Origin: Eledone cirrhosa
Lineage: Eukaryota
Length of the DNA: 64,000 nucleotides
NCBI GenBank assembly: GCA_964016885.1
Contig: OZ024743.1
Span: 195,796,001-195,860,000 of the forward strand
Direction of reading: 5' to 3'
Shown here one piece after another: positions 38,449 to 52,564 of this stretch (its first letter is position 1; each line of letters starts with the position of its first letter). The notes under the pieces are model-generated. The model was given only the letters and a program-made list of their open reading frames with translations, was not told the origin of the DNA and did not search any database. A program made the position numbers and the translations under genes.

Positions 38449-39521
38449 AAAATTAGAATTGGTGCTCTGAAATAGATATATATATATATATGAATGTATA
38501 TATAGTGTATTTTGCAATACACTCTATGCTTAATTAAAAGCATTTCGAAGACCTTATGCTATTGTTTTAGAGTAGTGATAGTCTCACTTACTTTAATTTT
38601 CAGCAAACAGGGGAGATAAAGCCGACAGAGCCATGTTTCGCATTTGTTGATGCTTATCAAGGCTAACTACTCCCCCTGTTTGCCGAAAATCATGGATGTT
38701 TGATTCTTATAGAATTCTAGTAAATAATCAGGAACTGATTATACAGAGCGGTTGCCGGTCTAGCAGAAATTGAAAATTAGAATTGGTGCTCTGAAATAGC
38801 TATATATATATGAATGTATATATAGTGTATTTTGCAATACACTCTATGCTTAATTAAAAGCATTTCGAAGACCTTATGCTATTGTTTTAGAGTAGTAATA
38901 GTCTCACTTTCTTTAATGTTTAGCAAACAGGGGAGATAAAGCCGACAGAGCCATGTTTCGCATTTGTTGATGCTTATCAAGGCTAACTACTCCCCCTGTT
39001 TGCCGAAAATCATGGATGTTTGATTCTTATAGAATTCTAGTAAATAATCAGGAACTGATTATACAGAGCGGTTGCCGGTCTAGCAGAAATTGAAAATTAG
39101 AATTGGTGCTCTGAAATAGCTATATATATATGAATGTATATATAGTGTATTTTGCAATACACTCTATGCTTAATTAAAAGCATTTTGAAGACCTTATGCT
39201 ATTGATTTAGAGTAGTAATAGTCTCACTTTCTTTAATGTTTAGCAAACAGGGGAGATAAAGCCGACAGAGCCATGTTTCGTATTTGTTGATGCTTATCAA
39301 GGCTAACTACTCCCCCTGTTTGCCGAAAATCATGGATGTTTGATTCTTATAGAATTCTAGTAAATAATCAGGAACTGATTATACAGAGCGGTTGCCGGTC
39401 AAGCAGAAATTGGAAAATAGAATTGGTACTCTGAAATAGCTATATATATATGAATGTATATATAGTGTATTTTGCAATACACTGTATGCCTAATTAAAAG
39501 CATTTCGAACACCTTATGCTA
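38449..39521 (-). mobile_element. Tandem array of 320-nt units, each with a type I HHR (non-LTR retrozyme-like)
   Basis: Units start at 38449, 38773, 39093 and 39413 (partial). The minus strand reads agcc-TTGATAA-gcat(caacaa)atgc-GAAA-ca(tggctc)tg-TC-ggct inside a long hairpin. Confidence 0.88.
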
Positions 39522-39689
39522 GACTTTATTAGGCCTTTGTTTTTATTCATTGTTTTTATTAATTTATCTTAACTCTGTTCTCCTGTGATTTTCATCGAAC
39601 ATTTTTGAATGCAACTTCTCTTTTCATGATATTTGGATTACATTGAGTTCTTCATACGGACTGGACACTACCGTATATTTTGGTAAATT

Positions 39690-39859
<170 letters not shown>

Positions 39860-39880
39860 TATAATATAATATATAGAAAA

Positions 39881-40013
39881 GGCTTCTACAGGACTAGAAC
39901 TGTTTCATTCGGGAGAAATCATCAGGAAGCCGATATAAATACCACCATATTACATGGACAGTCAGCTTCCTGATGATTTCTCCCGAATGAAACAGTTCTA
40001 GTCGTGTAGAAGC
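39881..40013. ncRNA. Divergent pair of type I HHRs (- strand 39881-39931, + strand 39965-40013)
   Basis: Minus strand: ggcttc-CTGATGA-tttctcccgaat-GAAA-cag(ttctagtc)ctg-TA-gaagcc. The plus copy has one stem III mismatch. Confidence 0.82.
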
Positions 40014-40287
40014 CTTTTCTATATTCTTTTCTATACTCTTTTCTATACTCTTCTTTGTATTGAGTACCTTACTTACTGTGGTTACCCCCGATTGAACCCG
40101 GGATAAACTTATATATATATATATATAATATAAGTTAAAACAATGAAATAAAAATTCAAGTCATTAGGAATATACTTCACTGCTTTACGATCGTTTCTAG
40201 GTGATAATAATAGTTCGTACGCATATTTCGTTATCGATCTATGTAAGGTTAGTTGTAAAATATCAAATAAGGAATATATTTATCTAC

Positions 40288-40361
<74 letters not shown>

Positions 40362-40384
40362 GTGTGTATGTATGTATGTATGTA

Positions 40385-40420
<36 letters not shown>

Positions 40421-40824
40421 TGTATGTATGTATGTATGTATGTACGTATACACGTACGGATGTATATATGCATACATGTATGTACGTATGCATGTATGTA
40501 TGCATGTATGTATGAATAGATTAATGGATTTACGTAAGGCTTGGTGGTGGCATAGATATAAGCATACCCGTGAAGTTTGCTTGACACCCACGTTTTACCC
40601 AATTGAGCCTGTTCTGTGAGCAAGTGACATTGACCATTGCATAATATCAACTCAAACAATTTCAATAGAATCAGCTATACAGAAACTGTGTTAAAGCCTT
40701 CCTAATCTTTCTTCTTCCACCCCTCTCCGCCCCTCTCTCCACCCCTCTCACTCTCTCGTATATCTCTTTTACTCATTCACCCCTCTCCATATTTATCTCT
40801 GCCTGTATATGTGATGTCTATAGG

Positions 40825-40866
<42 letters not shown>

Positions 40867-41504
40867 TACTTGTGCGTCTGTATGCCTGTCTATGTAATTT
40901 CCACTGCACATACCATAAATTGGTGTTATGGAAATGACAATTAATTTTCTCACATTTTTCACAATTCTAATAAATCAATCAATATTAAAGTCTCACATCA
41001 AAACCAAATAAAGTCGAAGAAAATATGTCTACGTATAAATAGTCGAAAGAGGTGGATCTCTTATATGATTCTTTAAATTCTATCGCACTTTAGATTTTTT
41101 TAATTTTATGTTTCATGACTACTTTGTTGTGAATGTGACATCAGGATGGATACGCCTTTAATTGGCCTCTCCTGGAATATTATCTCTCGGACGAACTATA
41201 TTATACATATTTTCGGTTAGATTTAAAAACCAAGATTTTGTAGCTGATTTCAATTATCTACTGAGATCGTATTTATCTACAAAACAGATATTTCACAGTT
41301 AGTTTCACTAAGAAACTAGATATATTTTAAACCTGAAGAATTCGAGTTTATCTTCCCATTGCACGGAGTATATACAATGAGTAGCTGACAACTATTGGTG
41401 TCTAAGTTATTATATCCTTCTCCCATAGTGTGTGGGTTTGTGCATGCGTTAAAATTCAATTATTTAATTAACGCACATCTGTCAGTAACATTTTGGGATT
41501 GATC

Positions 41505-41940
41505 TTGAAGGTGATTAGTAGAATGAATACAGAGTGTAGGAATACATGCGACAATGTCTTCGTTTTCCAAATCAGCCTGCTCAGGGCACTCTACATGTAA
41601 ATGGAGTTCCACTGAAGCAGGTGGAGAAATTCAAGTATCTCGGAAGTATCTCGGGGATGTGTTCACAAGTGATGGAAGAGATGAGGCTGAATTAAATGCA
41701 AGAATTGCAGAAGCTGGTGTAGTAATTCGTCAGCTTCAGCATTCGGTAATCAGAAGAAAGGAAGGTATAAAAGCCAAACTCGCTATCTTCAATTCGGTAC
41801 TAGTGCCACACCTTACCTATGGTCATGAATCTTGGGTAAACACCAAAAGAATAAGATCGCGAACACAAGCGGCTGAAATGGCGTCCCTCGGACGGGTCTA
41901 TAGAGTGCGTAGCTCGGAGATCAAACAGTCTCTCCAGGTA
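41505..41940 (+). pseudogene. RTE-clade (Expander/Rex3-like) LINE RT C-terminal fragment
   Basis: KYLGDVFTSDGRDEAELNARI, KAKLAIFNSVLVPHLTYGHESWVNTKRIRSRTQAAEM. Confidence 0.85.
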
Positions 41941-42035
41941 CTGTTGCTGCTACTGCTACTGCTGATGCTGATGCTACTACTACTATTACTGCTGCTGCTG
42001 CTACTGCTGCTGCAACATTTGCTGCTGCTGCTGAG

Positions 42036-42088
<53 letters not shown>
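41941..42088. repeat. (CTG/CTA)n trinucleotide repeat
   Basis: Mixed CTG and CTA units; source of the poly-Leu translation. Confidence 0.92.
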
Positions 42089-42539
42089 AATCCTCACTTT
42101 TGCATTATTACCTGTGTATTATTACCCTATATGTCTCTATGACCTGTACATTTGAAAATATGTTTGAAAACACTTTGATTTTCAGTTCATCTATATAAGT
42201 ATATTTTACGATGAGTTATAGATAGAAGACTTAAAATCTGAATAGCAGCCGGTAAGTGGTATATCTGTTCACATGATTAATTGTCGGACATAATGGTGTG
42301 AAACAGAAATAGAGACGGGTTCTACAGATCTGCATGTTTATAATGAAGTTTCATACGTCATTTGTCTCCTCCTTGCAGTACTGTTTATTTTCGTAAAACA
42401 TTAACACTTCTCTTTATTTGTCTTTATTACAATTACATTCCTATTGCTCATAGCCTTCTTCACTCCTTTTCTCTCTTTATGAGCTTATAAGTACACACAC
42501 ACACCTGTGTATTTGTATGTATAAATATATATATATATA

Positions 42540-42594
<55 letters not shown>

Positions 42595-43150
42595 CATATA
42601 CAGAGAGGGAGAGAGAGTGTGTGTGTGTATGAGAGCGAGTGTGTGTGTGTGAGAGAGAGAGGCCGAGAGCAAGAGAGGGCGTGAGAGAGAGATTTAGTTA
42701 CATTATTCTGGGATTGATACCTGCCAGAAATAACTGAGAGTGTCAGACTTGTTAGACTAAGTGGGTGAGTGCGTGTTCCGAAAGCTCCATAGAGGCACTT
42801 GATAGCTTTTATTACTATTGCCTCTACCAAATACTTCAGTAATGCTGGTATAGTCATTACCTCCGACTCTCTCACTCTCCCCATATCTAACCATTATACG
42901 GAAATACGGGTTCCTGCGCTGGCCGCCCCACGTTTCCGGTGGACAGAATAGAGAAGGCATTTACCCGGAGGATGGTGAAGGAGATGCGCTGGAAGAGCCA
43001 TTCCAGCTCGCGAGGCTCACACCTGTGGGTAGCCAAATCTGTGCCGATTGTAGTGAGCAGGTAGTGAGATTAATCACTTCATTTACACAGACGAGAAAAC
43101 TATATATTCTCGACTGTTTTCAAGTCCAGCAGTAGCAAGCGGTGAGAGGG

Positions 43151-43194
43151 ACCGTCCTGACGAAGGCGAGTCAAGCCTGAAATGCATAGACGGT
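43151..43194 (+). ncRNA. Canonical minimal type I HHR in a GC-richer non-coding element (about 42700-43345) ending at (TA)n
   Basis: accgtc-CTGACGA-aggc(gagtcaa)gcct-GAAA-tgca-TA-gacggt. Stem I extends by agggac/gtccct. Confidence 0.88.
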
Positions 43195-43350
43195 TGTCCC
43201 CTTTGCTTCTGCTGGACACCACCAGAGGGCGTTAGCCCCGGTGTTTGCATAGCTACGGCTTCCTAAAACCGTATTTCTTTAGAAATACGAAATGTCTATA
43301 CATATTGTATAAAGGTATCCTTGCAGCGAAACCTTATTTCTTTTATATAT

Positions 43351-43458
<108 letters not shown>

Positions 43459-43484
43459 CATATACATACACACACGCACACACA

Positions 43485-43546
<62 letters not shown>

Positions 43547-44169
43547 CATATATATATACACATACACACAGACACACACACACACAAATACATATACATG
43601 TGTGTGTACGTTTATATACCCAAGTGGTATGTATATTACATGTATATTTGCGTACAGATGTATAAACGTGCGTGTTTAGGTATATAAATTGATTAAGCAT
43701 GTACACAGTTACAGATTTATAGATGTGTGTCTTAATAAAAGATGTATTTATAAATATTCTTCTTCATCACGTTACATAGGTATGGCTAGACAGACGTGGA
43801 AATTTATGGATTATTAGATATGTATAATTATTAGATATGTATTATTAGATATATAAACTTGGATATTCAATAAAATATTCGATGTTGTAAGATTTATCAA
43901 AAGATAAACCTACTTCTTATATCTAAGATGACGTCATCAGCTCCCATCAATCATCGTTGATGTTGATGTTGTTTTCCTTGATGCTGTTCTTGTTTTGTGT
44001 TTGCTTGTTTTGATTTGTTTTCCTCTGAGCCAATTTTAATGATGCAGATGTATAATCAAAAGCACACATGCAGTAATTGTTACGTTGCCCACATATCTTC
44101 TCGAAACCTACAAAATAACCACGAGAAAATAGCAATTGATCGTTTGTTGTTTTGTTTTTCATACGTTTA

Positions 44170-44420
44170 CAGCCCGCAAGCTTTCAAACATTCTCTATTT
44201 CCAAATTGCTGCCGGATTGTCTGTTCCCTTGCTAAGGGAATCGCTACTAATTTTGCAGAAATGTTCCTCATTGAATTTTCACCCAATATACATTTGTATG
44301 TAGGACGTCTTCAGATACGACCATTACACGTAAAACCGTCTTTGCTTTCAATTTCCTTGTTCACATAACGCTCACGAACTTTCCTTATACACGCATATCT
44401 ACATCGCCATCTCATATACA
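44170..44420 (-). pseudogene. Highly decayed mariner-like transposase fragment
   Basis: The minus strand gives IRKVRER and LGENSMRNISAKLVAIPLAREQTIR, resembling the mariner MRKVSAKWVP..L..EQK..R motif. Confidence 0.45.
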
Positions 44421-46721
44421 TCATACTCAAAGGTAGTGAATTAGCAAAGTCATTAGAATGTTGAATTGAAATATCGACTGTGTCACCGTTTTAAGTTCGA
44501 TAAATAATTAAAAGTCTGTAGGATAACAGTATTGAACGCTTGTTGGAAAGGATGTATTGAGCATCTTACGTTCAAATACGGTCTCCTGTCACTAGAAAAA
44601 AATAGTGACATGTCATGACTGATTGTCCTATCATTAAAATGACAATAATACTCCTATGTATAACAATCTTATAGGAGACTGAGTAAACGTATAAAGTTGG
44701 AGCCGTATCAATAACATATACGGTACTCAGTGAGGAATACTACTCTGATGAGATCAGCTTAGCACGGTATCCACTGATTGCAATGTTAACTTCATTACTC
44801 ACAATGTGCTGGCTTTTAATTTTACTAATTTTGTTAATCTTTTTTCTCTATACAGATGACTCAGTCTAAGAATTCTTTTACGTCAGTGAGAGCAACGTGT
44901 CGTATGCAACGTATTAGCAAAGAATTCCACTCTACTTAGCGTTAGTGTCTCTTATCTAAATAGCATGTCATTTCGCAGGAGTTGTTTCTCTCTCCGAACC
45001 AAGGTCAAAGCCCTTTGCTCAATCATTCCTTCCCATAACTGAAGTCCTTTAGTCTATCCCACAGTGTTCTTTTCTCTACTTACACAAACCCAGAAAGGTT
45101 TAAACTGAACATTAACTTAACTGAACTCAGAGTTGACTGAGAGTTTTGGACGATTCTATAAAGATAATGGTGAGTGTATTTTGTCATTTAATGAATACAT
45201 TTGGAAACATTTTAGACGCACATCAACACTGTATTGAGTACTATACATCAAAATTAGTATAAGATATTCTTAAATTTATTCAGTTTCGTCTATTAGAATT
45301 CGGCACATTGGATTAGTTTTACATCGGCGAATTGTCTAGATTTTACCAAAATAAAATCTTCCTTTGGATTGATTTTAACAATCTATTAGAGAAAGTTTCC
45401 AATTTAGGCTTGTGGCATTAAATCGTCGAAAATGTAGAACAGCATGGTAAATTTGTTTAGTTGGAAGAAAGCAAAGCAGGAGGTACTTGAATTAATTATA
45501 TCCCCCGGTTAAGTGAGAACTAACCGGAGTATTAATTACTAATAAGTCACGAGTGTTGATGGTGTTGAAGGTGGTGGTGTGATATTAAAAAAGAAACATA
45601 CGTGGTTCAGTTAATTATGTTAGTCAATGGAAAGTAACAGACAAATTTGAAGAGACAGCTTTTACTAATAATTCATCAGAAATTGAAGTGAAGAGACTAT
45701 CTACTCTATGAGTTTTCTACACAAAATATCTATTCTTCATGGCAGAGTCAGTAGAAAGTAAAATGAAATTACGTGCAGTATTTGTTCCAAATCTTTTCGC
45801 CCTGCGTTCAAATCCCACTGAGGTCAATTTTGATTTTCATTCTTTCCGGGTTGATAAAATAAAGGGCTTGTCCAGGCTTATGAAATGAAAAATTCTTAGT
45901 ATATTGTATGAGATGTCTCACAGTTCTTGCTCCGAATATTTGTGTTTTCTATATTTCAGAAACATGCTTAATCATCACCCTCCAGTCCTTACGTGTTTTG
46001 CGTAAACTTTATTTTGTAGTAGGCACGTGGGCCAGATATCCGATTTGAGAATATATTCCTCCCTTCTTTGCAGTAGTCTCGGAGGACTTGAAAATGTAAA
46101 GGGTTATGGAGGCTGCCCTTCTTTCTCCGACTAAAAGCCGAATTGTTTCTAAAATTGACTGAAATTTAAGGGTCAATGACTTGAACTTGATATATGTTTA
46201 ACCCAGGCACCGACTCTTGCTCATGAAATTTAGCTCCGGTCAAGCATTATAAACTGCTCCAACTTTACCTACTCGTACAGCAGCCCCTCAATGAATTTCC
46301 ACAGAGAAACTTCAACACCGAAAACATAACTGACCCTCGATTTTGCACTAATAACTAAGTGACTATGGGTTTGCCTCTCCGAGGCACAAATCTGGAAGAT
46401 CAACAGTCACCTATGCATTGTTGTCCAAGCAAAAGGCAAAGTTTGATACAACTTGGGACCAGTATCATCGCAGCTCATTTAATCGAACTGGATTTGCAAC
46501 AAATAGCAGCTAAATCATTCTGAACTTGCACACTACCAACTTTAAAACAACACGCTGGATAATGTGGTCCTGAGTTTCCTAGATATAGGGAAATTATAGA
46601 ATGGTCATAGCTGGAATACCTTTGAGCAGACGTCTGTACGATTAGGATTAACCTAGGGCTAAATAAATCCTGCAACTAATTTTCTTTCTCTGGCCAGTCA
46701 TTTTAGATATTTGCCCTTCAT

Positions 46722-46973
46722 TTACTCTCGTTCTCTCTCTTTCTCTCTCTATCTCTCTATCTCTCTTTCTTTCTTTTTCTTGCTCTCTCTCTCTCTCTTT
46801 GTCTCTTTCAGTCTCCCTAACTCTCTCTCTCTCTCTGTATCTCTCTCTGTTTTTGTCTCTCTGTCTCTCACGTTCTGTTTCTCTGTCTCTCACCCTCTCT
46901 TTCACTCTCTCTCTCTGTCTCTCACTATGTTTCTCTGTCTCTCACCCACTCTCTCCCTTTCTCTCTCACTTTC

Positions 46974-47019
<46 letters not shown>

Positions 47020-47082
47020 TCTCTCACTATCTATTACTTTCTCTCTCTCTCTCTCTATCTCTCCATACTACTCACTCTCTCA
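46722..47082. repeat. Degenerate (CT)n polypyrimidine tract
   Basis: About 360 bp of CT-rich low-complexity sequence. Confidence 0.9.
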
Positions 47083-48545
47083 CATGCCAATGACGTCTCT
47101 TCAATAAAAATGTAGAAAATATATTAAAGAAAAATACATTATTGCAATATGTAACGAAAGACATGGAATCACGTAAGGAGTTAATAAGCGCTAGATTTGG
47201 TCTTACCAATGAATTTAATAATTCTTTTTTAAAAATATAGAAACCAATTAATGGAGACAACTTAATTTTGACGGTTTTCCTTTTAGTTCGTTTTTTAATA
47301 AAATCCTAATTATGTAATATTAATTCGATATTCTATGACTTGAGACTTCGTGTATGTATGTATGCATATATGTGTGTATGTGTTTATGTTTGTTGTTTCG
47401 CACGCATATATGTGTATATGAATTTATCCTAGTATTTGTGCAAGCGTGTCTATTATTATTTCAACAGAATATGATAAGTTAAAACTTAATTTTGCTTAAT
47501 TAAGACTCTTATCCCCCATTGCTATACTTTTGTTAATAATGCACAAGAATTTCATTTTTTTTTTTTTTTTTCATTTTGTACATTTTATTTTTTAGATTTT
47601 ATATTTGCTTTTTAGGGAGATTTTCATCCAGATGTAGAAACCTTTTGGCAATATATTATACAATTTGTGGAAGTCTGATTCATTCTCAGGAATCAGTAAT
47701 CTTCCAAGTTATTTGTGTTGTTTCTGATAGATGTAAGAGATATTATCTAGCTTTCAAAATGGCGACCAGGAAAAATAGTTGAGAAAAAATATCCAAGATG
47801 GCTAATTGTGAAAACTAAAATGGTTAGGATAAAATTGAATTTTAGAAATGGGTTAACTGTAATGAAACGAAAGAATCGACGCGTTAAATACGATATGACA
47901 TTTGTTTGATCATCTAAATCATGCAGGGTTGACAGTTTTGATGATTATTGTATTTATTAATTCTTTAATGAAAGTAGCAACCAGCTAACCAAGACAGCTT
48001 AATTTCTGATAGTTCTAGCTTTCGTTTCGTTTTTAATATAAAATCCTATATACATAATGTTCTATTGGATATTTTATGACTATGCTAAAAATATAACATT
48101 TTCTCATAATATAAACTCACGCCATCTCTCACTTTTTCTCCTCTTTCTCTCCCTCCCTCTCTCACTCTCTCTTTCTCTCTCTCTCTTTTCTCTCTCTCTC
48201 TATTTCAATATTTATCTGCTCACTCTTTATACTTTTCCTTTCTTTTCTCTTCCCATTTATCGTTTTATGTTCTTCAGTATTACACACACTCATACACACA
48301 CACAAACACAAACACGTGCGCGCACACACACACATACTTACACACAAATGCGTGCGCACACACACACATACTATTATTCTTTTACTCTCTTCTCTTATTA
48401 CTCATCTTCTTCTCTTGGCTGTGTATATATGAGAGTTTATATATACATATGTGTGTGTGTGTGTACGCGCGCGCGCGCGTGTATGTGTGTATGTGTGTAT
48501 ATATGTGTGTGTATGTATGTATATATATACATACATATATATATG

Positions 48546-48576
<31 letters not shown>

Positions 48577-49793
48577 GTATATATATATATACATATATAT
48601 TGTGTGTGTATGTATGCATGTGTGTGTACGTGTGTACATGCGTGTTTCAATGTATGTATGTACGTATTGAGTGTATATATGCACGCTGATACGTATATGA
48701 GTGCGTGCGTATGATCTATGTGTTCTTCAATTGAAGTAAACATAATCATTTCATTTCATTTCAGAAAGCTAACATTTAATAAAACATAATTGAACTGTCG
48801 GAGAGAAATGGCATTTCTACATTAAAAAAAAATTACAAAAAATATATATGAACATTGAAATTAAACATAAATATTAAAAAATATATCTATTTCTATTTAT
48901 TTCCACTCAATTAATAGTAAACGCTATATCAATTAGGAATTATTTTTACTACCTTTCGTCCAATTTCTGTTTGTTTTTTATATTTTACATTATATTCCAA
49001 AAGAACTTATATCATTAAAGGCGCAATATCCTTCTATGATCAGACTTGATGTACATCCATAAGAAAATGTTAACTTATATCAAGAATGAATCATTATAGC
49101 TGTACGTGAAAAGTTTGAACAACTATACAATTAAGAAAACCATCTTATAATGTCCCTCCTTCATATTTGCTTATTTTATGAGTTGCGTTATTAAAACTTA
49201 CATCCAATTTATTAAAGAATCTGCTGACGAATTTAAGGCTATCGTAATTTTCTATTATGCATTTCTATAAAGTGTTTATCAATGATCATTTATATATTCC
49301 ATATACATTATTTTGTTTTAGTGGAAATCTGCCAGAAAGTTCCGAAGATGAGTAAATGTATTGAATCTTCTACTAACTGAATAAACTGAATACACTTTAA
49401 TTCTCTGAAGGTCGGTAGAAAATATTGCCAGTAGTATATTAGAAACAGCATGACCAATTTACTCTTTGTACTATAAATACATGTAATAAACCATTGTAAT
49501 AAACCAATATATATTAGCATCTACAATGCTTAGTTAATCTGTCTTTGTGCACATATAAGAGTGGATATTGTTTTAATCAACTTCTTTTACTCAGTTAAAA
49601 TATTAATATTTCGACACCCTACTGCTATATTAAAAATATTTCTTTGAAAGAAATATATATGACGAATGTTTCATCAGGCATATATCCACACGTACATACA
49701 CACATATATGTATATATCGGTATCTGGAAGATATGATGTTCAATTCTTCATAGTAGTCGATAATAACTTCTTTTTACCGTCTTTCTTTATAAT

Positions 49794-49850
<57 letters not shown>

Positions 49851-49967
49851 CAACATATATATATATTGTTATTCCTTGGGAACGTCATACTGCCAATAAA
49901 AAATCACACGCAGCTGCTGGTTTTCATTTCACTTTATTATAAATTTCTGGTTGGTTGGTTGGTTGCT

Positions 49968-50053
<86 letters not shown>

Positions 50054-50065
50054 TAAAAAAAATAA

Positions 50066-50251
50066 TGAATAAAACAATGAAACAGTTCCTTATATTAAAC
50101 AAAAAAAGTTCATTATTTAACGATCGTTTCTAGGATATATATGTGTTAGAATTGGCATGCATATTCAACAGATCTATGTACAAAATTATACAAAATTATA
50201 CAAACTATCAAAATTAAATATACATACCAAACACATATATATGCCGTCTTC
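50066..50251 (-). mobile_element. 3' end of the Naiad-like family, truncated inside the HHR core
   Basis: Reverse complement aligns with 31941-32125, from GAAGAC.GCATATATATGTGT to GAAACGATCGT and on into (TA)n. Confidence 0.85.
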
Positions 50252-50381
50252 TTGACTCTGTATTCCGTTTATCTTTCACCGAAAGTGATTTTTCATTGCA
50301 TCTCTTCTTTCCATGATATCCGGATTACATTGAGTTCTTCATACGGATTGGACACTACCGTAAACTCTTGGTAGATTTATC

Positions 50382-50446
<65 letters not shown>

Positions 50447-50740
50447 TATATATATATATCATAGACTGAATTATAAACTCAAAATAGTCCTTTACAATTA
50501 AGTAGCTCAAAGAAGTGAATCTTTCCGAGCCGTGTAATATAATTAGATACATGAGAGGGATGAACACAGATATAAGTATACATGTGTTCCAATTGCAAAT
50601 GACCAAGTTAGCTAGGTTGAAAAAATACGAATTTAAAACAATATGGTTTGCCTGACTCGATTTAAAGTAATAAATCAATAAAAATAACAAACCTATATCG
50701 GGCAATAGCCTTCATATCTATATATATATATGAAGCCATT

Positions 50741-50799
<59 letters not shown>

Positions 50800-51414
50800 G
50801 GGAGGGTAACGGGAAGTTGCTGTAGGTTCACCCAGATGAGCACTTGATGTTTAGGTTCACGTCAGTAGCGAGGTGTAGAGCTAAACAGAGTGTAATACAA
50901 AAACGATTTGTTAAGCCTTCATTACGTTTATTGATTGGTGTATCGATCTGGCCTGACTCTGGAATCATTAGCTCGTTGGACCTCTGCATATATATATATA
51001 TGTACATATATACATATATATATATACACAGTTCAAGAGTAACCAATCTTAAAGAGAGAGATGGAGATAAGAGAGGAGATAGGAGAGGAGAAGAGAGATT
51101 GGTGAATTAGTTAGAAGCCAAAGCGTAAAGGTATGTGCTCAATGTGAAATATGCAGTGGGAGGCAGCTAGGTGGCTGGGTTCATGCAGAGGTTGGGTGCA
51201 CAGAGCTGGAAATATTCATTAGTTAAGCAAAGCAAGACCACAAATTTCAGAAACATTATATGGAGTAGCGAAACAATTGTAAACGGACATTATTAATATT
51301 ATTATTATTATTATTCTCTACATTCCTTACATTAAACTAAAACTATGTTGACAATCCTTTAATAATGTCTTCCTTGTGAAATTTATGGTCTTGCTTTGCT
51401 TAACTAATAAATAC

Positions 51415-51568
<154 letters not shown>

Positions 51569-51696
51569 GAGAGAGTTAGAGAGAGAGAGAGAAAGTGAAG
51601 TTGGAAATAGCACGGACAATATATTTAAGGGTCTGTTTAGGGTCTGCATAGAACCTTACTGCCCTTTTCTAATATATATATATATATATATATACA

Positions 51697-52031
51697 TTTC
51701 GTTTCTGAATTTGTTTAGCAAGATTCTTTATCTGAAAACGTGTGTTGAAACCGATATTGTTATACTTTGGGAGGGTCATGTTGCCAATAAGAAACACACG
51801 CACCAGTTGCTTTCACTTCAATTTATTATAATAAATTTATAAATTTAGGAATTTATAAATTTCTGGTTGGTTGGTTCCACAACCAGAGGATTGTTTAAAC
51901 AATCATCTGGTTTTGGAACCAACCAACCAGAAATTTATAAATTCCTAAATTTATAAATTTATTATAATAAATTGAAGTGAAAGCAACTGGTGCGTGTGTT
52001 TCTTATTGGCAACATGACCCTCCCAAAGTAT

Positions 52032-52038
<7 letters not shown>
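51697..52038. mobile_element. Spacer-less palindrome (about 142-bp arms, 51755-52038) of a TA-associated repeat family (other copies 25987-26158, 49865-49965)
   Basis: Centre GTTT|AAAC near 51896, with very few mismatches between the arms. Confidence 0.85.
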
Positions 52039-52068
<30 letters not shown>

Positions 52069-52474
52069 TGTGTGTGTGTGTGCGTTTAGAAGACACGAGC
52101 GTGGCTGAGTGGTTACAAATTTTGCTTCGCTAGCAGGACTGAGGCTTGGTCCCACTGCCTTGGATCTGAAGCAAGTGTCTTTACTATAGACTCTGATCCA
52201 TCCACGCATTTTAAGTAAAATTGTGGTGACAGAAACTGTTTGAAAATCCGTCGAATGGATTGTATCTATAATTCAACGGTCCAGCTTTTCCACGTATAGC
52301 GTCATGCTGGTTCTGCCTGTAAATTAAGGATATACGTTAAGGATACACGTGTCTGTGTTATAATCAACCTCTTCCACATCATCACATTAGTTGCGTGTTC
52401 AGTTTATAGAACCACTAGATATTTATCGTCAAAACCGACGGAGGATCACTCAAGTGTTTGTGTGTATCCAATAG

Positions 52475-52564
<90 letters not shown>

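Noticed and set aside
51725-51762. Functional HHR at CTGAAAA..GAAACCGATA
   Set aside because: C3/A8 mismatch and poor stems I and II; at most a remnant.
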